DNA of 63,954 nucleotides, counting the filler, from Dugesia japonica (taxonomy: Eukaryota): assembly GCA_001938525.1 (NCBI GenBank). It is 6 parts of 6 records of this genome, joined end to end, with 100 filler letters (N's around TTAATTAATTAA, not from the genome) between each part and the next. Parts side by side here need not be neighbours in the genome. Positions count along the whole stretch, not along the records: positions 41,214 to 55,573 come from MQRL01645894.1; positions 55,674 to 63,954 come from MQRL01161716.1; 4 more parts are not named here. One strand, 5' to 3'. Below are positions 54,417 to 63,954 of the stretch, piece by piece. Numbering within the stretch: the first letter of the stretch is position 1; each line of letters starts with the position of its first letter. Under the pieces are notes generated by a model, which worked only from the letters and a program-made list of their open reading frames with translations, ran no database searches and was not told the origin of the DNA. The position numbers and the translations under genes were made by a program.

Positions 54417-55573
54417 CTGTGATTAAAATTATTTCATTTTAGATACATTAATAAAATTTGACAATATCATAAATCTCCTTTGCTTTAATGTGAATAAAAA
54501 TTAAAATGCAATTAAAATAAGTTAATAAATTAATACCAATAATTGTCTTTAAATCCATGTTTTTTAATATTAAAAGGAAATTTTTTTTGAAATATTTCAT
54601 TAAAATAAAGGTTCTATCAATTTTCAACTTTGGATATCGCCAAATAGTATCATGAAACGCCCTTGAACGTTTTGATACTTTTTTTTTAAAAATCAATTCC
54701 TGGCGAAGACAAAGTTGAAAATGAGAATTATTATCAAAACCAAATTGATCGAAGCTTATTTTTAATGAAATCTCAAAACCGTCCACTTATTATTCTCGTA
54801 ATAATTGTAATTGTAAAATTTGAAATATTAATTTATTTTTTAACTCCAATGATAATCATTCTTAAGAATATATTAAAAAATATACCACTATCCCCCAATT
54901 TATACGGTACTATATTTATGTTACGAAAATTTTACAATTCACCCCATCCCCGGAATACATGATCCAAATTTTAAAAAGCTGTAATAAATATACAAAACAC
55001 GGAATATCACGATTTGCTTTTGTTATGGAAAACTTCATGAAAACAAACCTGTACATGTTGTTGTCATTTTTGACGTTTAATAAAATGTAGAATGTTCCGA
55101 ATTTATCTCATCAGAATGTATTAACTACCATTTTTAAATTTAATTCCAATAACAACGCTGTGAAAATTGTTTTAATGTTTATTTATTTTTCAAGAAAATT
55201 ATTAACTATAATACAGGTTTTTGCAGAAAAATATATTTAAAATAATAAACTTGAGCATAATCAATATCATCGGAGATCTATACGCAAAGTGTGCCAACAT
55301 AAACAAAGGNNNNNNNNNNNNNNNNNNNNNNNNNNNNNNNNNNNNNNNNNNNNNNNNNNNNNNNNNNNNNNNNNNNNNNNNNNNNNNNNNNNNNNNGGAT
55401 TAGTGATGTAACGAAACTTAATCATAATGCAATTAGTTGGGAATTTAAAAAATGACATCATATTAGGTAATAAATATGCAAAAAACGAATGCAAATGTTT
55501 AATCAAAAATAAGTAACGCCATTTAAAATAAAACTTTATTGTTATATATTTCGACGGATTAACCGTCATCATC

Positions 55574-55673
55574 NNNNNNNNNNNNNNNNNNNNNNNNNNN
55601 NNNNNNNNNNNNNNNNNTTAATTAATTAANNNNNNNNNNNNNNNNNNNNNNNNNNNNNNNNNNNNNNNNNNNN
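55574..55673. other. Artificial contig-joining linker
   Basis: Same 44N-TTAATTAATTAA-44N structure. Confidence 0.97.
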
Positions 55674-57378
55674 GTAAACAAAACATTTCATTGATATTAC
55701 TTATTTGGCAACCAGCAACAGTGAAATCGAGATTTTCAATATTTATCTATCTAATTATTTTAGTAATTAAAGCTGCTGTTACACTTTCATCTAAAAAAAT
55801 CTCCTTAGTTTAAACCACTTACTCGTAATCCTCATGCACATATCATTCGTAATATGAAAAATGATTTTGGTTTTTGTATTAATAAATCGATTTACAACTT
55901 TACACAATCAAATCAAATTTTGTCTAGTATTTGTTGTAATAAATCCAACAGTTAAGTAAAAATTGTTTTATGATTGATTTTATTGAAAATCTCTAAAATG
56001 AGAATATGAAACCAAATATCCTAATTGAGTTCGAATTAAATTTTCAATTTCAAGCGTAATTTGTAATCTTCAGATATTGAAATTCAGATATTAATAATTA
56101 AAACAATAAAACGTATATTATAATATTAAGAAGGAAACAAAAATGAAATTATATTAACTTACATTATTGTTATCAACTTTTGACATAAAAGTAATTTATT
56201 TAAACTAAATTCCAAAACATTGTCAAATAATATTCAAACAAATCAAATTTCACAATGAATTATTTAAGTTCATTTAAAAAATTTTGCATAGGTATATTAA
56301 AATATAAAAGGTATATATGAACATGTCTGGATTTGAATGCAACGTTGTATGTTAATTTCAAGGGAATCGGTGAAATTCCTTCAGAGTTTTTCGATTTTGG
56401 ACAAACGAATTTTTACATTTTTATTTATATATATATAAATACTGTATAAAAATTGGGTCAGCAGCGTGGTGGGTCTGTTCACACATATATATCTACTTTC
56501 GCAATTCATTATGTTATTATCAATATAAAGCCTTTCGGTTTTGACTATTCTATAATCCCTTGAGGTTCAGAATTTATAAACAAATGCCCTAAAGGTAGTA
56601 AGCATAAAAAAATAAAATAATAACTCAACTTCAAACGTTCAAGACAATTTTTTGAAACTCAACAATATATAACTAGCTTATATAAGTGCCTACTAAAAGA
56701 TATTCTTATTGGTTAAGTGTATATATAACAATTTTTTAAAATGTTAGTTTTTTGTTATTAATAAAACTGTTCAGCGTAAAAATATTTATTTTCATAAATC
56801 TGATTTCGTTTTAAATATTGACCTATATTTTTATTTTTAAAATATGCTCTTAATAATTAAAATTAATTAATTAAAACCTTAATTATATTATTTAAATATT
56901 TTAAGAAATCAGCAAGATTTATGAAAAATTTGGAAATTCAATTAATAATGTCTACTTGGCCATTAGCTTAAATCCAGACAATGGTAAAAGTTTTAATTTA
57001 TTATACAATTTTGAATTTAATTATTACTGTATTAAACTATGGTTTGTTGAATTAAATTAAATTTAATTAATTATATTACTTCTAGTAAATTACTAGGAAA
57101 TTACTAACTAGAATAATCTGCTTGTAAAGTATTTTATAATATATTTAAGGCTAATGACCTTTTGTATTCTGATTGACTAAAAAATCCAGTGTGCCACACA
57201 TAAATTTCTGTATTCATTTTATTCAGAAACATCAGATATTTTATTTATTTTAAGTTCCATTTTATCGACATTAAATGATAAAATATTTTAAAAACTTTAT
57301 TTTTGAAATTAAACTGGAAATTTCAAATTTAATAAAATTCTACTTATTTCTGATAACTTAATTTGTTTGTTTATTCGT

Positions 57379-60300
57379 AGTTACAATACCATCTTGACTC
57401 ATTAAATATAAAGATACTTTTTTTTAAAAATTTATTACTTTTTGAATATTTAAGCAATAATATTATCTTATTGTTACTCTCCCTTTCTTTAAGAACTGTG
57501 GTACTCTTTCAGTCATTCAATTCTTCTGTATTTCCTGCCATCTGGATACTCTAGTTCTACTTGATGATCCGGAAAGTAACGATCTTTACAGGACCTTCAT
57601 ATATATATTGCCATCCTTTCGTCTCTTTTGTGGATCTATTACTACCAACACTTCCTGTCCCATTTGCAAAACTCTGTGCACCTTCTTCTCAACATCTTGA
57701 CCTTCCATTCTTTCCGTAGAAATCTCAAGATTACCCCGTACCTTTGACAATATTTGTTCTTGATCCAATTTTACGTACGGATCTTTGTCATGAATATTTA
57801 TCTTTTTTCCAATTATTATTTCCATCCGATAAAATCCTGTTGACTCTTGTATCGTTGAGTTAATGGAATATTCAATTTTCGATATAATTTCGTCCCAACA
57901 CAATCCAATTCGCCCATCATTTGAAAAATTGACAACCAAATCTCGGACAGCTCTTATTGTTTGCTCTGCCAAACCGTTCGATTTATGATCATATGGTGAA
58001 GTAAAAATCCACTCAATATTAAGTTTATTCAACCAAACTCTAGATCTGACTGACTTCGATGACTTTACCTCTGTCCGATACAATCCATTTTGGTTTTCTA
58101 AATTTTTAAATCCATTGATGTAAGATAAAGCGGTGAATATTATTTTCATCTTGTTTTTGTGTTGATGTTAAACTAATCATCTTGGTAAATTGATCGGTTA
58201 TTACGACCATATAACGATTACAGCTTTTGCTTTCCTTCATATACGCAATATCTATCATGATTTGATCCATGGGGTTCAAAACCTTCCTTGGTATTAAATA
58301 TTCGGCTGTCTTTGATGTTAGCGTTTTTATTCTCATACACGACTCACAATTTTGATAATCGACTTATCCACAAGAAATGACTACCAATATAATTTGTAGT
58401 TTTCTTAACACCTAAGTGACAAATTTCTTTATGCATATGTACCTCAAACCTCTCGAAAAGCTTATGCGGAATGATTATCTTCTGTTTATTTTCACTTTCT
58501 ATTAATAATAAATTATCTTTCAACAGTATTCTATCTAATTTATGAAAATACACAGAATCTTGTATCAACTTTGGAACTATCGAAGAAGGGTTCTTAATAA
58601 AAAAACAGAATCCTTATCTTAAGTGGCACGATAAGTTTCAATATTAAATTTGTCTGACATAATTGCATTTAAAAATCTTACTTTACTCGTCTCTATATTT
58701 CCTTCTCCGTGTTCACCTTGACATTGAGAACAATAGTTCAATAATATTTTGGATAATCCGTCTGCATTGTTATAATTTTCACTCTTCGAATATTTCAGAT
58801 CAAAATCATAGCCAGATAATTCACTTAACCATGTATGGAATTTTGAACTTATTTGTTTTGTCGTGGACTTCAAAACTTTGAGTGATTTGTGATCTGTAAG
58901 TATATCAAATTTTTTACCCTATAAGAAGTGCTTGAAGTAAATTACATACTCATATAAAGCCAGTAACTCCTCCCGCGTCACACAATAACATTTCTCATGA
59001 GCACTTAAAAGCCTCGAGCCATATGCGATAACCTTCTCACATCCATCTTGTACCTGACTAAGAACAGCACCAATACCGCTTAAACATGCATATGTGTCTA
59101 AAATATATATTTGTTTTGTAATGTCAATACTGGAGTATTTGATAGAGAATCTTTGACTTTCTGGAAACTTTCTTGACTTTCTTCGTTCCATTGTATGTCT
59201 TTCATATGTCCCTTAGTAGCCTCATGTAATGGTTGGGCAATTTGATCAAAGTTAACAACAAATTTATGGTAGTAATTTGCCATGTTAAGAAATGACAGTA
59301 ATTGTTTGATGCTCTTTGCAATTTCCGCTTCAGCAATTTTCTTAATCATGCTATTGTTAGTACTTTTTCCCTCTTTTGATATTTTATGACCTAAAACCTA
59401 AGTTCAGTTTTATAATGGACTGCACTTCTTTAGATTTAGTCTTTACTTAGCTTTTGTATTCGTTTAGAAACCTCTAGATTTCTATCGTGTTCTGCCACTG
59501 TTGTCCGGTAAACCAAGGGATCGTCTAAATACGCTGCGACTCCATTATAAAAAATATCCTCAAATAATACATGCATGAGACTTTGAAAAGTCGTTGTAGC
59601 TGTTAATAACCCGAATGGAATTCGGTTACAGCAAAACTGGCTTTTTTTGTCGAAAACACTGTTTTAAACTGTGATGATTTATCTAGACATACTTGATAAT
59701 AAGCTTGTCCTGAATCGAACGATAAAACGATGGAGGTTCCTGCCAACGTATCGAATATGGTTTTCGGATCTACCATGGGCAAACTAAATTTCTCTGTAAC
59801 CTCATTAATCTTCCTATAGNNNNNNNNNNNNNNNNNNNNNNNNNNNNNNNNNNNNNNNNNNNNNNNNNNNNNNNNNNNNNNNNNNNNNNNNNNNNNNNNN
59901 NNNNNNNNNNNNNNNNNNNNNNNNNNNNNNNNNNNNNNNNNNNNNNNNNNNNNNNNNNNNNNNNNNNNNNNNNNNNNNNNNNNNNNNNNNNNNNNNNNNN
60001 NNNNNNNNNNNNNNNNNNNNNNNNCACATCCCAAATTGAACTCCGATACCATAAAAATAGTATCATAACTCCATACTAATTCTGTAGTTTGGATAGTCTG
60101 AATCATTCCATTCCAACTAACCAAAGTCTTAAACTTTAGCACGGAATGATCCTCTAAGAGATATATCTGATTGCCGTAAGATAGGATTAATGCACATTCT
60201 CCTCTTATCTTTTGACATCACAGTTACTTATGCGCCCGTATCTCATAACACCTTTATCCTCTATTTACAACATTCAACCCAACTCCACCATCTACCATCT

Positions 60301-60813
60301 GCCTTCTTGAAGATCATAGAATTTCGATTTCCTGCATTTGCAGCATTTAATTTAACGGCTCCACAGACGTAATGTATGTCATGGAGCGTCTTTCGTTTAA
60401 ATTGTGATCTTGTTCATTTGTTTTTTGATCATATATAATAGCTCCAATATCATTCTCTTCTAAATTTCTGCTTTCATCATGTTTTATATCGTCATAACCA
60501 TATGGTAGATCGTCTGAATTATTTTTTTCATGAATACACTGAACTTTTCTTGTGTTATTTCTCAATAAGCTGGAATTATTCAAAAAATGATTGTCCTTAC
60601 CACATATTAAACAACACTTATTCAATAGACAGTTGTCTCTGACATGATTCTACAATTTTCATCCGCTGCTGACTCTTTGTAAGAACTGTTATTTTGGCGT
60701 TGTCCCCCGTTACAATACCATCTTGACTCATAAAATATAAAGATGCTTTTTATAAAAATTTATTATAAAACAATTTTTGAATATTTAAACAACAATATTA
60801 TCTTATTGTTACT
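57379..60813 (-). mobile_element. Ty3/Gypsy retrotransposon with both LTRs and most of gag deleted
   Basis: Direct repeats at 57379-57478 and 60709-60813, PPT AAGAAAGGGAG, protease DTGA (~60230-60245), RT YLDD (~59520-59532), RNase H (GIGAVLSQ, YGSRLL) and integrase ORF fragments. Confidence 0.95.
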
Positions 60814-61189
60814 ATCGAGATCCTCGTTGTTTATTTTTGTTTTATATAATATATTTCCTTATCTTAATTTGCTAACGAAAAACAATAAAATTTTCAAATT
60901 GATAAATTTTGTAAATTGTTTATAAAATTTTTTATCATTAATAATTAATTTAGACGAAAATGATAAAAAATTCGTGTGTGGAATAGATAATATTTCAATT
61001 GTTTTCGGCAAAATTGGAGCTTTATTTAAAGATCAAGTTAGTTAAATTGAAAATAATACAAATATTCAATTTTTATTGATTGAAATTAAATTTACAAATA
61101 TTTACATATGTGCAGAAAACTAGATGCTACTTTTTGTAAAACAATCCAGTCTATTTTTGATAGTAAGGTTCTTAACCTTTGAGTTTTGA

Positions 61190-62150
61190 AACATTGGAAA
61201 TGTGATCGAGGACCCGGAGTGGGGAACAAAATTACCCCAGTAAAATTTTCGTATGTGAAATAAATTATTTTTATTTAGTCTACTTTCATTTTGGTAGTAA
61301 ATAAAATAAATTTTTTTTTCCAAAGAATTTTGAAAAAATTCATTGTTGAAATATTGAAAAAAGAAGAACAATTTTTGATCTTTTGATTTAGCGCACGCAT
61401 TAGAAGACGATGGATTTGATGAAATAACAATGGAAGATGTTCAAGAATTAATTGCGGACGACGAAAATAACGAAGTATTATCGATTGGAGATAGCTCTGA
61501 CTATCTTTCCAATGTAGAAAATAAAAACTTTTCACTAAAAGGTATCGAGAAATTTTGAAAAATGGCAAATTCTCTGGAAGAATACATTTTATAGAACGAT
61601 CATCTAAGGGATAGAGCAGAAATATTTAAACAAAATCTTCAAAATTGGTTATCTGCTTGTCAAGAAATTTATAAAAATTTACGAAACAACAGCATATAGA
61701 CTTCATTAAAAGATTTTTTAAAGCCAATAATCGTTGAAAACGTACCGGAATCTGATTGCGATCAAGCTCGGATTTTGAATTAGCACCACCACAGACTCAA
61801 ATCATGTTAAGTGACTAGGAGGAGTGTATTTAGACTTAAAAAGTTATCGATTTATTTTTATATTGATTCATTAAATCTTTCAACTTGAATATGTTAAGCA
61901 GCTTTTAAATTCTATTTTAATTTCATGTTGTTTTGCTTTTGTTTGAATAAATAAAGTGTTATTAAATTATGTTGTTAAGACTCATGACAACAAACAATAA
62001 TATAGTAAGTATATACCATATAAAAACCGATTTTGCGATGTGGAACCAAACTCTGCTTTTAGTATGGAGTTAAAGTCTCCTACAACACGATTTCTTACAA
62101 CGCGGTATTTTTCAGGAATCGATCTATCACGATGTAGGAAGGTTACCTGT
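61190..62150 (+). mobile_element. pogo/Tigger-like transposon 3' remnant
   Basis: DGFDEITMEDVQELIADDE (TIGD1-like C-terminus) and a Tigger-type end with TACAACACG/TACAACGCG subterminal repeats ending GGTTACCTG. Confidence 0.65.
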
Positions 62151-62489
62151 TTCACTAAATAATATCAATTGGAATGTGAACTAGGAAAATAAATTCCTGA
62201 TTCAATTATATTACTATCAGTTTAAGAGGTAATTTGTTCATCAAACAATTTAAAGTCTTATTAATTATTAATTCATCTTTTTTCAAGTTGACTTTAAGAT
62301 CCAATATTTCAGGGTCATATTTTCCAGTTTTTTTCATGTATCGCATTTGTTGTGATATCTTTGTAGATTACAATAAATAATATCAACAAAATATTATTGG
62401 TATAATTAACAAATGGTTGAGATAACCAGATTATTGAGGACATAATGTAACCCGCCCGGGAAGAGAAAAGTTAATATAATATAACAAAT

Positions 62490-63535
62490 GTCACAATCAT
62501 CTATATTCTCTCCGTCTTCTATTTTTGACCTGGTGAATTATATCTAAATTTCGGATGTTTCATCACTACATCATTCAGGAAAGCACGTTAATTCATAAAC
62601 ACGGATTTTGTTTCTCAAACTAGGGAATATTTACAAGCTTCATTGACATATATCTCTTTCATCAAAATTGAGTTCAGACAAATACTTTTGATACTGCGTC
62701 ACTCGACACTTAATTTTTATAACTTCATCGTTTTGATAACAGCGAGAATACTGTACAGGAATAATTTGTTGTCACTTTTCCAAATATTTAGAATAGCTTT
62801 TATTCTTTTCCCGGTTTTTTTGGTTTTAGGATATTGTTTCTTCCAGAAAGCCTACTGATATTTGAAATCTTGGTTAATTTGAACTTTATTTTTAAAATAA
62901 TATTAAGATCCAGCTCAAACTCAGTTCACTTCTTATTTCCTTTATCATTCAATCTTCTAATTCTATCTTGAATCATTTAAAGGGACATTTCTGTTTAAGA
63001 ATCTTCTATAAGAACTTCTTCTATAGGAAGAATGCTAAAAGAACCAGGTATTTACTGAACTGGCGTATTATTCCAAGAATGNATTTTCCCATAAAGTTGT
63101 TATCCGCACTGGCCCACATATATTTGTGAACATAACTTCAAACAAATTGTTAACTTCTATTCTCCTTATCTTCTTTTTAGTTGCAGTCTTCACTATTTTG
63201 AAAAAATTTCACAGATACAAATTATCTCCTGTATTTTACTCCACAAATTCTTCGCAATGCATTTTTCTCTCATATATTTCTACACATTTTTAACTCCTGC
63301 ATGCCATAATTATTTGTGTATTTCTTTTATTTTTTCATGTATTTTGTCATCCAGAATTTTTTGTTTTTTTAATTAAATCTTTTCCTTAAAAATGTTTAAT
63401 TGCTTTTCGTTTTCATTTCGTTTGTGTCCAATACTCTTGATTTAATCTTACTTTTTTGGCATCTTCACATGACATTTAACATTGTATACAAACTTTGCAT
63501 CTTTGTCTAGACAATATGTCTGCATTAGTAAATAG
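62490..63535 (-). mobile_element. Ty3/Gypsy integrase-region remnant
   Basis: NADILSRQRCKVCIQC, ICGPVR and GIIRQFSKYL on the minus strand. Confidence 0.8.
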
Positions 63536-63654
63536 ATAGGAGGACACCGGGACAAAGTAGGTCTAAGGGGGTGGTGGGGGNAACCCCCGTTGCCATGGTA
63601 ACAGTCATTATGGTTACCATAAATTGTTTTGAATTTTAATTAATTTCAATTTAA

Positions 63655-63954
63655 AGAGATTTCACTGCTTTTTAGGAGTTCAGCAGACTCCGTCAATGAC
63701 AGAATCATCTCAAATTTTCAAAAAGCGAAAAACTTGTTACCCCTCATAGTTAAAACTGAGAAGAACAGTTCTTACACTTTAAAAGAAGAGAGAGAATTTT
63801 CACTGCTTTCGAGAGCTGTGGAAGCTCGATCGATGAGAGATTCATCTCAAATTTTAAAGCGAAAAACTTGTTACCCCTCATAGATAAAACTGAGAACAGT
63901 TCTTACACTTTAAAATAAGAGAGAGAATTTTCACTGCTTTCGAGAGCTCTGGAA
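63655..63954. repeat. ~130-140-bp tandem repeat (about 2 units visible, runs off the window)
   Basis: TCATCTCAAATTTT..AAAGCGAAAAACTTGTTACCCCTCATAG...TTCACTGCTTTCGAGAGCT is repeated head to tail. Confidence 0.9.

Noticed and set aside
59603-60142. Long ORFs containing X runs (also 21079-21471, 26961-27314, 55221-55572)
   Set aside because: Their length is inflated by N gaps.

Overview
Very AT-rich, repeat-dominated animal genomic DNA with spliceosomal GT-AG introns and many (AAT)n microsatellites. The composition resembles a triclad flatworm, but that is inference only. The window is not one locus. Six assembly pieces (1-10143, 10244-19846, 19947-28838, 28939-41113, 41214-55573, 55674-63954) are joined by an artificial 100-nt linker (44 N + TTAATTAATTAA + 44 N). 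Recognisable host genes are three consecutive exons of WDR19/IFT144 (+) and the last coding exon of SLC25A46 (-). Most of the rest is decayed mobile DNA: several Ty3/Gypsy LTR retrotransposons (one with ~100-bp LTRs ending AGT...ACT), mariner/Tc1 and pogo remnants, a ZMYM1-like hAT with a nested hAT derivative, a probable Helitron end, minisatellites and a ~135-bp tandem repeat. The two most interesting segments are (i) a fossil Polinton/Maverick (adintovirus-like) genome at ~30.2-35.0 kb, with an adenain-type protease, protein-primed PolB, a fibre-like protein and a membrane protein, and (ii) an unexplained cluster of short, GC-richer, intronless co-oriented ORF remnants at ~46.4-51.1 kb, with a diverged inverted repeat and a DKSTQT (LC8 dynein-binding-type) motif. 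All family calls come from manual translation and motif recognition, not database searches.
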